Assembly (NCBI GenBank): GCA_951406725.2 | Contig: OX597825.1 | Location: 1,674,001 to 1,738,000, forward strand | Direction: 5' to 3' | From: Octopus vulgaris | Lineage: Eukaryota | DNA length: 64,000 bases | Part shown: positions 40,259 through 54,646 of the stretch, one piece after another | Numbering within the stretch: the first letter of the stretch is position 1 | Layout of the letters: every line of letters begins with the position of its first letter | Notes under the pieces: generated by a model | What the model saw: the letters and a program-made list of their open reading frames with translations, nothing else | What the model was told of the DNA's origin: nothing | The model's database searches: none | Translations under genes and position numbers: made by a program

Positions 40259-40803
40259 ACGTATATTTGAATATGTATGTGTGTGTGTGTATGCACAGCT
40301 GAAGTTTGTTGCATCGTATTTCTGAATTTCAAATTGCCATTTACTCAAGAAATAGGTGTAGTGAGGAAGATATAGAAACATCCTTTCCTATCCTATCTAA
40401 ATTAGGATAATTTCCAGCAATGGCGGGGCTTGGTGGACGATGGACACGACACACACATACGTAAGTAAATACGTAGGTACATGTATACACACACACACAC
40501 ACAGACACACAGACACACACACACACACAAGTAACTTCCAAAACGTTGAGGAGGGGAAGGAAGGTAGGTGTGAGGAAGGGGAGAAGGGGTTAATATGTTG
40601 ACAACAGATGTTCACATGCAAAGTTTCTGTCGTCCATCATAACGGAACTCCCACACACATACGTATGTACATACATACATATATAACCACACACGCCTGC
40701 GACATACACATACATATATACATACACACACACAAACACACACCTACGTACCCCCAAGCACATATGTATACTATATAATGAGAATGTATGTTTGTATATA
40801 AAT

Positions 40804-40837
<34 letters not shown>

Positions 40838-41951
40838 CTATCTGTGTGTTTGTGTGTGTGTGTACGTCACGTCTTCTGTCAGTCTACCTGTCGTGTCTTT
40901 TCTGGTAGAAGAAATCCATGTTGTCGCTATTGTAGCTAAGAATAGACTACACTTCTAAGAAATGCATGAAGTCTGTTGGGGTCATAGCTTGTAAAGGAGT
41001 GTGGTTCATTTTAAATGTATTAGTATTTTTATCAACTACTAAATCTAGATTAGAGGACTATGTCTGTTTAGAATAGAGGGCAGGAGTGAGTTGACAGCTC
41101 ATAGCTAGGTATGGTCATAAATATTGTCAAGATTTTAGGAGTATTATTAAAGTAACTGTCTATAAAGGAGGCTGGGTAGGGGAAGACACCGAATCAAGAT
41201 GTTAAAGGGGCAAAACGCTAATAAAACCTATGGTGTTAAGACAGAGGAAATTTTATCATTGTGTACTGTGGGTGATTGTTTATAAACAATATTGTTATGT
41301 TGTATAAAGATAATTTTAAGATTATCAAAAATGATATAATCAAAATAGATAAAATGTGTATATATTTATTAATTTTCAACATTAAAAAGGGAAGATTACA
41401 TAGAATCAGTTTGATATTCATGTACTTAATTATTTACTTATTAGGTGGTTTCTATAAAAACTGCTCTGGGAATTTACTTATGGAATACTGGAAAGATAAA
41501 CATGCTATCCATATATTAATTTTAAGCTAAGAATCAGAAAAAAAATGAAAATTGTGTAATGATAAACACACATATTTATCTATGTGCACACGCAAACGTA
41601 CACAAATATTTATACGTTACTATGGATATATTATAATCAACTGGCATAGACTTAAGTAACTAGAAAGTATATAGATCTCTGTTTAAGAACAGTAACAACT
41701 TATAAGAGATAAGAGGTTAATAGGTAAGGATATCAAAATAAGAAAACAAGATAATACGAATTTATTGAGAATAGTACGAAATATATATAGCTTACATTTA
41801 AAGAGACCGAGTATTAAGGTTTTAATATAGGGAAGAGATAAAGATAATCCCAAAGAGGAAGCAACAGGTATGGGAGAGGCTGAAAGAAAGAAAGAAGAAA
41901 GCTAGCGGTGTGAAAGTTATTGCTATGACGTTGTGTGGTACGTTAATTGAA

Positions 41952-42240
41952 GGCGGCGAGCTGGCAGAAAGGTTAGCACGCCGGGCGAAATACTTAGCGG
42001 TATTTCGTCTGCCGCTACGTTCTGAGTTCAAATTCCGCCGAGGTCGACTTTGCCTTTCATCCTTTCGGGGTCGATTAAATAAGTACCAGTTACGCACTGG
42101 GGTCGATATAATCGACTTAATCCGTTTGTCTGTCCTTGTTTGTCCCCTTTGTATGTAGTCCCTTGTGGGTAGTAAAGAAATAGGTATTTCGTTTGTCGTT
42201 ACGTTCTGAGTTCAAATTCCGCCGAGATAGTAAAGAAATA
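41952..42240 (+). mobile_element. Young SINE family B insertion with extra partial copy and 15-bp target-site duplication
   Basis: Full copy 41952-42182 plus partial copy 42183-42240. GGTACGTTAATTGAA occurs at 41937-41951 and 42241-42255. Confidence 0.92.
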
Positions 42241-43246
42241 GGTACGTTAATTGAAAGAATAGATATAACAGATTGAGAGAAAAATGAACCTGTTAAAGGG
42301 AGAGTCAAAGAAAGATTGAGTGAGTGTTGACTGAAAGCAAGTACATAATTCTAAATGTCGTATAATAGAATATTGTGACAGAAATTTAAAACAACAGTTT
42401 ATTTGTTGTTAAAAGTTTTCATGATCAGCCGTTTCTATATCTTCAATCGGTCGATGTGCCTCTGTGGATTGATAGATTCCTTGGCGGATAGGAAATAGAT
42501 AGACGGGCGGCTATATATATCGACAGAACTAACTTAAAGTGAAATGATCTTAGCTAATCTGTAGATGTTACTTTTACCTTTCCTTGTGTAGCATCCCAAA
42601 GGCTCAGTCCATGCTGGGGCACCGCAATTATTTAGGTATTTTACCTGCAGTTGATTGTTTTAAATGTTTGTCCTTATTGTTAGAAGAGACAGATGCATAC
42701 ATCGACAGAACTATAAGTAGAATAGAGAGATAAATCCATAGATAGACACACACACACGTACAGATAGATAGTCAGATAGATAGATAGATTGACAGACGGT
42801 CAGATAGATAGATCGACTGATAGATAGACAGACAGACAGACAACTGCACCTTCAATATTATCTCCTATGTGAATTTTTACACGTTCTCAGCAATCAAATG
42901 TTTTACAAAAATATACAATTCCATCATCTAATTTACAAGATAACCGTGGAATTTCCACAGGTACTGCTAGTATTAATAATTATTTTAAAGAAATACACCT
43001 GTCTTAATACGTAGTCATATCTAATATCTAATACATATATACAAATATTGTGTTTGTGTGTGTGTATGTGTGTGTGTGTGTTTGTGTATGCGTATCCATA
43101 TATATATATATACGGGTGTATACACACAAACACACACACACATATATATATGTATATATTTATACTACATACTCATAAATAAACGCATTCACACACAAAT
43201 ATATTTGCTCAACGGGAGAACAAAGTAGAGAGATCGAAAGATATAC

Positions 43247-44080
43247 TGAAGGATGGAAGGAATGAAGGAAGAAGTGAAGGAAGGAAGGAAGGAATGAGTG
43301 AAGGAAGGAAGGAAGGAAGAAGTGAAGGAACGAATGAGTGAAGGAAGGAAGAAGTGAAGGAAGGAAGGAAGGAAGGAAGAAGTGAAGGAAGGAAGGAATG
43401 AGTGAAGGAAGGAAGGAAGGAAAGAAGGAAGGAAGGAAGGAAGGAAGGAATGAGTGAAGGAAGGAAGGAAGGAAAAAGTGAAGGAAGGAAGAAGTGAAGG
43501 AAGGAAGAAGTGAAGGAAGGAAGGAATGAGTGAAGGAAGGAAGGAAGGAAAGAAGAAAGGAAGGAAAGAAGGAAGGAAGGAACGAATGAGTGAAGGAAGG
43601 AAGGAAGGAAGAAGTGAAGGAAGGAAGGAAGAAATGAGTGAAGGAAGGAAGGAAGAAGTGAAGGAAGGAAGGAAGAAGTGAAGGAAGGAAGGAATGAGTG
43701 AAGGAAGGAAGGAAGGAAGGAATGAGTGAAGGAAGGAAGGAAGGAAGGAAGGAATGAGTGAAGGAATGAGTGAAGGAAGGAAGGAAGGAATGAGTGAAGG
43801 AAGGAAGGAAGGAATGAAGGAAGGAATGAGTGAAGGAATGAGTGAAGGAAGGAAGGAAGGAATGAGTGAAGGAAGGAAGGAAGGAAGGAAGGAATGAGTG
43901 AAGGAATGAGTGAAGGAAGGAAGGAAGGAAGGAAGGAAGGAAGGAAGGAAGGAAGGAATGAGTGAAGGAATGAGTGAAGGAAGGAAGGAAGGAAGGAAGG
44001 AAGGAAGGAAGGAAGGAATGAGTGAAGGAAGGAAGGAAGGAATGAGTGAAAGAATGAGTGAAGGAATGAAAGAAGGAAGT
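43247..44080. repeat. Long (GGAA)n array interrupted by TGAGT/GAAGT units
   Basis: Direct reading; about 830 nt, almost no C on the plus strand. Confidence 0.95.
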
Positions 44081-44683
44081 GTGGTGGTTTATTTAGATTG
44101 GTAGAGCAATGTTGTAAGGAGTGTGGTCTTTGTGATGTTTGTTGATTGCGTGGTTATTGAGCAAACTATCTGGTGGTGCGGAGTGTTTTTGCGCAAAGAC
44201 AATGGCATTGTTCTTGAACATTATAATGTGCCTTAGTTGACCGATTCCAGCGAAAGTAACAATAACGACACGAGAGAGAATAGCCTGTTTGCACACAAAC
44301 ATAACCATTAATTTGTTAATCAATAGAAAGAAGAAAAAATAAAACGAAAGAGAAGAGAAATTATTCTTCCTGTGACTACATGACGCCACATACCTTGGTC
44401 GCTGAGATGAAGAGACTAAGTCACGTGTGATGTGTGATGGCTGATGTGTGACGTATGCGGGCATTTGTTTTTAGCAGAGGAAAACGATATTATGCACACA
44501 CACACCCACACACACACACACACTCACACACACACACACTCACACACACACAGTCCCATACACACACAGACACGTAATATATATTCATACACTTACATAT
44601 ACATACATACATACACGCACACACACACATATATATATAGCGTGTGTGAGAGAGAGAGAGAGAGAGATGGAGTGAGAGAGAGA

Positions 44684-44729
<46 letters not shown>

Positions 44730-45499
44730 ATAAGAATTATTAGAAATTAAAAATAGTAAAGTTCTTTAATTACTTGCTTTAGTGGAGCCTCAACAACTAT
44801 GAATTATAGGAATTGTTGCTTAAACAAACGGTTTTGCAGCGCAGGGTGACGGGGGTTGCTTTTTTGACGGTTTTAATTGTTGTCTTCTTGAATTGTATTT
44901 TGATTTCAGTTTATACTTTGACTAACTAACGGGAATTTTTTGCTTTTTTTGAAGTTGATGAACTAATATGACTTCTGGGTATTGTTATTAATATTTGTTT
45001 CTTCGTTTATAAACTGATTCTCCTTCGTCTTCTTGATGCTTAATTGCCTTTATTATTGTATTATGTTGTTGTTGTTATTTTTTAACAGTCTATTTCCGCT
45101 TAGTAATGTGCAATTTGGAGGCTTGCGACTGACCTCTGTATCAAATAAATTCTTTTCCTTTTTGCTGTTTTTGTTTTAAAACAAATGAATATGACCAAAC
45201 CTTATGGCCTTTGTTACTTGTGAATATTGAAAACTTTCACAATTGAATACTATCAGATAATAAAATAACGTGACTAAAGCATCTTATTTGTTTATTTTTG
45301 TTTTTCTGTACACCATTAGCAACGAATGTAAAGATAACACGATGTATGCGACCAGTGTGTATATGCATGGTATCCCATCATGGGATATTCCTGTAGTTAA
45401 CTTGAAACTAGAATCGAAAATTAGGAACGAAACTGTTATCTTTCTCCACAGATACGTTGCTAAATATCTCAACATTTTCATGTATATGGAACGACACAT

Positions 45500-46920
45500 C
45501 CCTGAAAGACCACTAAGGTAATTTTACGTAAAACTTCTGCTGTATATTGATAAATCCCACGAAAAGCGAAATAGGCATTTTCAGAAACAACACCATACGA
45601 CACACCAAACCTTATTCAATGGATATACAGCAGTGCAACCATTGAATGGTTCAAGTAAATCGAAGCTATGCCCAAATGCAAATATATGCAGTTCCATATC
45701 GTGGAGTTTTACCCTTCCATCTCCAAACACCTACTTCAAAAGGTACTAATACACACATAGCCCCTTATAATGACTGCAAGGAAATCATTACTTTTTGAGG
45801 ATAATTCCTATTGGGCTAAAAAGAATGGGGATTGACTCTTTGATGTCACGATGAGGAGTTATGATGGTGCAAAGATGGCAGATCTGGTTTACCTTTACAG
45901 CTTAGATGTCCTTACAAGCGAGATAAGTTTAGCTGACATACGGCTATGTAGGGACGACTGTCTTGGAAAAGTACATAACAAAAATGAACACGTTATGGGT
46001 AAGACAAGTAAATAATTATGCAAAATATTTAGGAAAGTGAACCTAAGAACTACAATGAACACTAATTTTAAAATAATTAATTTCCAAGACATTAATATCA
46101 ATGTTAATACAGGCAAATTTAAACTCGACCATAAATCGGATGATGTCACTTCCTCTATTGTCATAGGTTCTAACCACCGACTGTCAATATTCAAACAATT
46201 ACATAATAAAATTAATCGGCATGTTTCCAACCTATTCCCTCACAAAGCATTTTATAAAAGGCTGCCTCATACTACAACGTTGCATCAGAAAAGCCCACTT
46301 TAAAGAGCAGTATAACGAATATCGAATCAAATGTAGATCGACCAAGAAGACGTAGACACAGGAAAATGTTATGGTACAATCCCTCATATAACCTGAACGC
46401 AGCCATGAACATAGCTAGTAAATATAACCACTTCCCTCACTCACATAAATACAACAATATCTTCAAATGTGGTTAAAGCTAACTACAGTTGCCTCCTAAA
46501 CATAGAGTTGATCGTTTTCAACTACAATAAAAATAACAACATTAAGAATATCTTCTGTAATTGACCCCTGAAAAATTAGGTTCGTGGAGACAGAATTAGT
46601 GTATAAGGCCAGCATTACGGATTTGAACAGAAAAACAAAGACTTACAATGCAATGACGGGAAACATATTCAAAGAGAATATGCACAGCACGTGGCTTCAC
46701 TCAGAGATAAAAACATAAAACAGAGAACTCTTTTATCCAATATGGTAAGGACACTTAAAGAGAGGAACGTGAGCAACACCCATATAAAGTGGAGCATTAT
46801 AACTAAGACCAGCAAGTACACGGGACGGTGCAGCAAATGCGAGCTCTGCATTACCGAAAATCATACATACATTATAATGTTACGTTATAACCACATGGAC
46901 TGAATTTGGATCAAAATTTG
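45500..46920 (+). mobile_element. Penelope-like element remnant (RT + GIY-YIG endonuclease), pseudogenised
   Basis: Across frameshifts: QWIYSSATIEWFK; YMQFHIVEFYPSIS; FDVTMRSYDGAKMADLVYLYSL...RLCRDDCL; INFQDININ; WYNPSYNLN; HFPHSHKYNNIFK...ANYSCL; VYKA...TYNAMTGNIFK; TLLSNMVRTLK...IKWSII...KCELCITE. These follow the PLE motifs FDIVEFYPSI, FDVTMGSxDGAE, YRDDGL, WFNPPY and the GIY-YIG region in order. Confidence 0.85.
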
Positions 46921-47459
46921 TGGAACTAAACAATTATGTACACATATTACAACGCGAACGAAACACATAGTATAGGTGTGTATGTGTTCGCGCGCACGTG
47001 TTTATGCACATATATGTGTATGTGTGAGCTCATATTTTGTACAGATGTGCATATATAGATACATGTGTATTTATATATATATATACATAAATTTGGACTT
47101 GCACAAACGTTCTTATATAAATTGACTAAGGAATTAACTCATCTTGAAAGACGTTCGTTGTAAAGCTTGTAAGGGAGACAACAATTAATATTTCCTTATA
47201 AGTTGCCTTTCATGATCCTTATATTTATGTATCCTGTAAACCCGAACAGTCTCGCGTAATTTCGTGCATTCTCATTGACAATGAAGACGAGTGCCAACGC
47301 TTCCATGCAACAGGATTTAAAATTATTAAAAGACCGCACTTTAAATGAAACCAATAGTTGCTTTGTTATCCCACAAATAAAGCAAATGATATCCACAAAA
47401 GCAGTGTTGAACACTCAGTATCGCTGTTCGATATTAGCGTGTATATATATATGTATATA

Positions 47460-47531
<72 letters not shown>

Positions 47532-47580
47532 CATATATATATATGTGTGTGTGTGTATGTGTGTGTGTTGCGTGTGTGTG

Positions 47581-47612
<32 letters not shown>

Positions 47613-48252
47613 AAAGATATATATTTATATATATATATATATATATATATAGATAGATATATAGATGCACATACTCTCTCATGCACTCATATATATATAT
47701 AAGATATTAATATAATAGTGTGTGATGTAACATTAATATATACGTATTCAATATTGGACAACATAAAAAAGTTATAGCTGAGAATAACTTAAAATGACAA
47801 TAATTGGTTTTCAAACGACAGCACACAATTTCAGCAAAATAGACATTTTTTTCATGAATCCCAAGCGTCGGATACGCTGTCTCCTCAATTTGGTGAAAAA
47901 CAAAACAAAACAAGAGAGCACACACGCACACATGACGCGCTTTTTTTCTCTACGTTCGTCAAATAGAGAATTAATTCCATGAGAATTCTTTAAAAGAAGA
48001 GAATAGTTATTATGGCAATAAAAAGCACAGTAAAGGACTTTGTAATGGCTGCTTTATTTGCAGCTGAACCAATACAGACATTTTTACAGCCCATTCTCCA
48101 AGTATTCGACTTGTAAATTGCTAGATTTAGAATGCAATTCTCAGATTAGTCGACTTGTAAATTGATAGATTTACAACAGTTATAAATATGTTTCACTATA
48201 TATCATCATTTATATGTGTGAGTATATATAAACTGGATACACATATACATGA

Positions 48253-48325
<73 letters not shown>

Positions 48326-48607
48326 CATACGTATACATGTCTATATATCTATATTCATATAATCTTATAATACTTTCAAAACTTCATATAAAATGTTAAA
48401 GATTAAAACCGATACTCATTCAATACGGGCTTCTTAAAAGCGGAAGCCATGCTACGCTATGCAGCAGAGAAAATGTTCCGTCACTCGGAGCTACTTTGTG
48501 GTTTCGATTCTGATAGAAGTTAATTCACTTCACTTCACTTACGTCACTAAGGAGCTTAAGAAATGCACCGAGTCTCACTATTCCATACCGCTCCACTGTA
48601 AATTCGT

Positions 48608-48770
48608 GGTTATCTTTGTTGTTTAGCTCCACGTCAGGCTTGATCCAGCGAACCTATAATCGAAGGTATTTGAATCACGACTATCCGTATCTTTTTTTCA
48701 GAAATATTTCTTCTCAGACCATAGTATGCTGTGTATCTTACCTTTCTAGGACAGCAGGATATTTCTGTTA
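48608..48770 (-). mobile_element. Family C copy
   Basis: TTGTTGTTTAGCTCCACGTCAGGCTTGATCCAGCGAACCTATAATCGAAGGTATT. Confidence 0.6.
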
Positions 48771-51159
48771 GGTTGAATGTCAATGTGTTATTGAAATTAC
48801 ATTAACAATATATATCAAATAGCTGAGCCCCTCAACAAATTTAACAAATCATTCTACTGTTTATCTTGGTAGGTTTTAAATGCTGACGACATTTTCGAAC
48901 GATTAGATAAACAAGGTCATTTTGAAGTATCTCTACCATTGGAAAGAGCATTTTGCATTATAAGTATCTAAAATTACTCATCTAACTAAATAGCAACCGA
49001 ATATTCCTAAATTGACACCCTAACATCAAAAATAAAGGTCAGTTTGGACTAATTTGAGACAGTAAAACGAGATGATCCCTTTGAAAAACCCTTGAACATA
49101 TATCTGCTCTAGTAATCTGCAACAACAACATCAACTATCGTTACCATAGGTACATTATAATACTAATCATGCTATAAATAATCGTAGCCCTTTCAATCAC
49201 CATTTCATTATATTACCTACTTTGAACTTCAAACAATCCTCTAAACTAAAGACGTCATCTAACCCCTCATGATTTGGAAGATCATCGATGAAAGTTTCTC
49301 TGTCCACATAATAGGACGAAGGGAAGTCAGTCTGGCAAAGCTATTCTCTCCTTGGACACAGAAAGAATAATTAAATGGAGAAGCAATGCCTCATTTGGGT
49401 ATCGAACGCATAACAATTGCAAGGAACTAACCACATATTTTACAGCACTCAGGGGAATGTCGAAATTGGCTTTTCAGAGAACTGGTGCGGGAAGAAGCAT
49501 CGCATTTCATGTAAAAGAATGATATATTGATTCTAATAACCTTTTCCTGTGAGGATAGCATTCGCCAATTTTAATCTTTAGAATTTGGTAAATTTTACTG
49601 TAGTTGTATAATTCTTTGGAGAAATCTAGATATATTGTAATATAATATCCATAGGAATATATTAATTTAGCGTTCTTTTACTTCAAGTAAGTAAGTAGCC
49701 AAACGTTTCGATGTTTATATCTTTGGACTCATAACGATGGCGAATGAAATTTTCTTTCAGACGCATGATGGGTTTCAATGTGAAAAACAGATTTGTGAAA
49801 GATAGCAGATTTGTAGGAGTAATAAAGTGATTGAAAGCATCAGAGGTCATTTCTTCGATTCGTTGCGCATCTCGGCTCCACAATTGATAAACAAGGGAAA
49901 TAAGGAATGTGAGATAAAAGAACAGTTCACCTAGGTGGGTAGTTACTGTTAATATTGAAATGAATGTCGATTTAGAAAGCTCCTACGAGTATAAAATGGA
50001 GAATAAAGAGATAGAGAGAGATAGATAGAGAGAGAGAGAGAGGTGCAACTGGGAGTTGATTAAAATAATCTTTTTAAGCCACAAGTTATTTTGAAACTAT
50101 CATCACAGTTTTGTAAACCATTAAATCGGATATAAAAACTGTCATAGATGTGTTGTATATACAGAGCATTTGCATAATTTGATGATCTCTCAAAACACAC
50201 TGCATTGAGTAAATAGAAATTGTTTAAATAGATTTTTATTCACTCTTTTATGAAAGTATATTTAATCTCTTTCTCAGCTTCATTTCTTTATCAATGTTTT
50301 AATATTTACACATCATTGAAGTAGTGTTAAAATAATTCACTGTCCACCGTTTTATGTTCCGTCCTTTCAAAAGATTTTCTTTTAATGAAAGTAACTATGA
50401 AAACATTATTTTATTGTAAAATTCTAACACAGGGTGCCGTATTGACAGAAGCACTAGAGTGGTGCACAAAATGCTTTCCATTATTTCGTTAACGTGGTGT
50501 GCTTTGGAGTTCAAACTCCGCTGAAATTGATTTAGAATTTCTTTTTTCTAGAATGGTAAAATAGTCACCAATGAAGCAATAGGCGATGACAGTCCACCGC
50601 CTTCGCGAGTTTTAATATTGGAAGCCATTATATTAATTCACAAAGTCGCGAGATGAAAGCTGAAGTCGTCTTTGGCTTTCATCAGTGTTGGATTGATACA
50701 ACGTAAACCAGTGAAAACTGTTTGTCCTTCTCATTCTTTAAATTTGTGGCTTTATGTGTGAGTTAGATATAATTCACTAATTCTGGTACAGAAAATTTTA
50801 TTAATAGAATTAATATTTGTTGCAATCTTTTTTTTTTTTTTTGCTACTGACTGGATATGTAGGGACAGAAAGATTGAATAGGTAAGATATTCATTGGTCT
50901 AGCAATACATAGTCAGCAAGATGAATTACACTATGGATGTGTTTAGAGAAAAAACACTGCATCGTAATCAGTTCAATGCTGGGAATAAATATTCGAATAA
51001 CCTGTGACAAAGCGACGACCTCTCCTTTGAAAAATATCTCTTATTTTAAACACCATGTTTAATACCAAAGCTAACAAACGATCTATATAATAAATCACAT
51101 TTTTGCATATCACAGGGAACGAAAGATTGATAAATGAAAAATCTGATTGATGCTGTTGG

Positions 51160-51325
51160 TTTTATTTAGCCCCTATTTACTCTGAACAAACCAATTTATG
51201 ATCAAAAGGCATTCCACCAACGACTATCCCGCCTTGTTTTATCTGGGACAAACTTATCCGATGTGTTTTACCTTTTTAAAGACGTGTATGATTTGGAAGA
51301 GATGTTGCTGCTATTTCTAACATAC
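51160..51325 (-). mobile_element. Family C copy
   Basis: TTTAGCCC...TATGATCAAAAGGCATTCCA...GATTTGGAAGAGATGTTGCTGCTATTTCTA. Confidence 0.65.
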
Positions 51326-52209
51326 TGTGCAACCTGTTAGATGTGATCAGATTTAATTCTCATATACATAACAACATAAATACCGAGGCTAACCACTAAC
51401 TTTTGCACATCACTAGGAATGAATAATTGCTCAATAAAACAGTATGAGATTAATGTAAATCACTATGTAAGTATCAAGAATTTCAACATAACGACCGCCT
51501 ACAGAACCATTTTTCTCAACGCCAAGACTACAGAATGCTTTTAGAAAAGAATGCTTAAGTTGAAATGAAATATTCGGATGGCATCGCTATAGATTTTTCA
51601 CAGTAATTGAGTACTATTTGCAAGATGTATTTTCCCTCCGCTACGTTTTCAATACCAACAGTTACCATCACTACTGAATTGTCTGTTCAGTTATTAAATA
51701 ACAGATTATTACAGTGAAAAGACCACAACTTTCGAATTTCTTTGGTTTGACATTATACTATGACATTTTCAATAAAAGTAACATGACTGTTCTCTCTCTT
51801 TCTTTCCCTCCACTTTTTCTCTCTCTTTCTCCCCCCCCCCCCCCTTCCCCTCCCTCATGTACTACTGAATATTAAATAAAATATTACAAATATAGAATAT
51901 TCCATTGCTCAACGAGTACATTAGCATTTCAAGAAAATATTCAGCATACACAAGGTGATAAAATTAAATAAATTTGCCACTGTATGCATCTTGTTAAATA
52001 CAAGATCACATACTTTATATACAAATTTTCTAAAAGATCTTTTCTTTTTTATGTAATGCGGCTCTAATAGAGGATATCGGTTTTGTGGTCTACTCTTTTA
52101 TTTCGCTGATATATTTAAACTGTTATTGTATATTTGTGAAGAAGTTTTAAATGAATATATTCTGAACAAATGCATCGGTATATTACTTTCAAAGAAATCT
52201 ATGACTGAT

Positions 52210-52430
52210 CGCTCGACTTTCTGGAAGATAAACAACTGTATATTCGTCATATTACACCCAAGACGCCTCAAAAGGCAGCGAAAGAAAACTTTAAATAGTG
52301 TAGTCCTAGATATAGATATACTCCATCTGAAAAAGACAAAGAAAAAAGAAAGGAAACGACTGCACGAATACACTGAAATGCCTTTGATCATACGTCTGCA
52401 TAATCAGGGATGGCCTGGGGTCAAATAAAA
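52210..52430 (+). mobile_element. Family C copy
   Basis: TGTAGTCCTAGATA...AATGCCTTTGATCATACGTCTGC...CAGGGATGGCCTGGGGTCAAA. Confidence 0.65.
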
Positions 52431-52764
52431 TGTCCGGAAATGGAAAGCAAAAAATGTCATTTCCTTATGTGTTTATATATCTCTCTGGTATTACATCTGT
52501 TTTGATTTAGTAAAATACGAATTTGAGTAGATTATTGACAGTTTGAGTAATAAAAGTAATCCGTGCTCCAGTTTAACACAACCACCTGAGCCATGGGTAA
52601 TTTTAGTGAAGTCCACTTTGTTGCAAGCATTCGGTTTGGGCCTCCTGACTGAGGATAATTCCTTCTCTTCCCCTTCCAGAGTAATCGAAAGCTCTGAAAA
52701 ATTCCTTTCTCTCTCTTCCTCTTATTAAGTCATAAAAAAATATAACGGATAAGAATGTAAATAG

Positions 52765-52945
52765 TTATTGTTTAGCACCAGGTCAGCTGTGATCCAGCAC
52801 ATTCATGATCAATGGCGTTCCAGATCAAATAACCCCAGGTTCGTTTTTCAGATATAAGGTGTCTAGAACTACATTACAAAATTTGACTTTTTTTTAAAGA
52901 CTAAATGATTAAGAATTATTTGGCAACCATTTCTCTCAGATGGAG
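52765..52945 (-). mobile_element. Family C copy
   Basis: TTGTTTAGCACCAGGTCAGC...ATGATCAATGGCGTTCCAG...GTGTCTAGAACTACATTA. Confidence 0.65.
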
Positions 52946-54584
52946 AGATCGATAAAGATGCAGAAGTAGAACATTTCACTCAAGATTACATGAATTATTG
53001 TGTTGTGGCCATTAAAAATGATTTATTTATTCTTTATCGTGAGACTATTTAATTTATTATTTATTATATATTATGGTTCTTTATTTAATCAAATTATAAC
53101 TATATAATTCACCTTACGCGTCCGTTCTTCCTATTTGAGCCATTTCTAGTTTTGACATTTTGTATAAGCGAAAGTATGTTTTCCTTCTGCGAAAGCCAGC
53201 TATTCAATACTTACCTCTATTATCATTTTACGGCTAATGGAGTAAAACTTACACAAAGACCTTGTGTTCCGTATTACTACGCATCCCCGACCAGCCCTGG
53301 CAGTGCCATCATTGTTCCGCCTTTCCTGGCGTAGTTTATCTCGGACGACTGCATTATTCAATACGTCGTTCCTTTCTTTTGAAGGCAATACGGTTGTGGT
53401 TTGAAAAAGATTTAATTGTGATTTCTAGCAAGCTCAGACTCCACACACATTCTCTCTAATCTATTTAAATCTATACCTTTTCGTGGTGTAAATTTTAATT
53501 AACACATTCCTAATTTTGCATATAACAAATGTTTTTGAGGTTATTATTTTCTTTTAAATTCTATCTTTTAAATTTTTGCTTGTTTGTGGGTATCAGAAAC
53601 TACATTAGATTTCAAGTGTGAATTCAAAAGAGGATGACATGAGAAAATCGACACGATATTTTATAATGATAGAATACAAAGTCAAAATAAACTGAGGGAA
53701 ATGTAGGGCTCCGTACAATATTTATTGAGCCAATAAAATATTTAGACACATTCTCCTACCTCGCCTTCTAGAAAATTCTTGCAAAGTATAGCACTGTTTC
53801 ATCCTCCTTTGGAATCAACAGTATGACATAACTTGAGACTTATAAAATTATCTAAATTCAATATTCTTCGAAGTTACTTCTATAGAGAAAATAGTTTGTA
53901 GCTTAAAAAAACATATTTGAGCTTTTTCATTCTTAATCGCTAACCGTTTAGCTCTGAGAAATAAACTATCACATAGACACAATATTTTAGATTTTGAGGC
54001 AGATAGGAAATGGAAATTTGTGATATATATTTTGCCAGGACACGGAAAGTCAGAGTGCGATAAATAGCCGTAGATTGGAATCAAAATTGACTTCATTGCT
54101 CTAACCTAAAGAATTTCCCCTTAAAACACGATATTATTGAAATAATGATGCTAATTGTTATTTATACTCCGTACACTGTTATATACCATAACGATTTTAT
54201 ATACGTCTAGGAATATAAAATTGTGTTTGTGTGAATAATAAATTAGAAAACTACAGAGTCACTTTGTAATTTTTTAACAAGTGTTAAGTTTCTCCATAAG
54301 CAGTTTCAGTCAAGATGACAACAGATCAACAAAGAAACGGTACACAATATCCGGTGACCTGATACCCATCTGACTATCGGTTCGTGTACCGCAACGCTTA
54401 AAAGATTTGACAGGTCAGTACAAGATGAATGGTTCGCTTTCCCTCGCAGAGTCGATGTCACGATTTCATTTCCCCAGTGTATTTCTATAAATACAATAGC
54501 GAGTGTATGTGTGTTTGTAACTAAGTGCGTACGCACACACGCGCGCACTCACACATACGCGCACACAAATATACATACATACAA

Positions 54585-54646
<62 letters not shown>

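Noticed and set aside
40870-41460. Possible second Penelope remnant on the minus strand (HP..., YP..., VVY motifs)
   Set aside because: Motifs are too short and eroded to call without a profile search.
47118-47160. Possible HHR downstream of the Penelope fossil (CTAAGGA...GAAAG)
   Set aside because: Neither the core nor the stems hold.
48106-48173. 24-nt direct repeat TCGACTTGTAAATTG-TAGATTTA, twice
   Set aside because: An ordinary local duplication with no further structure.
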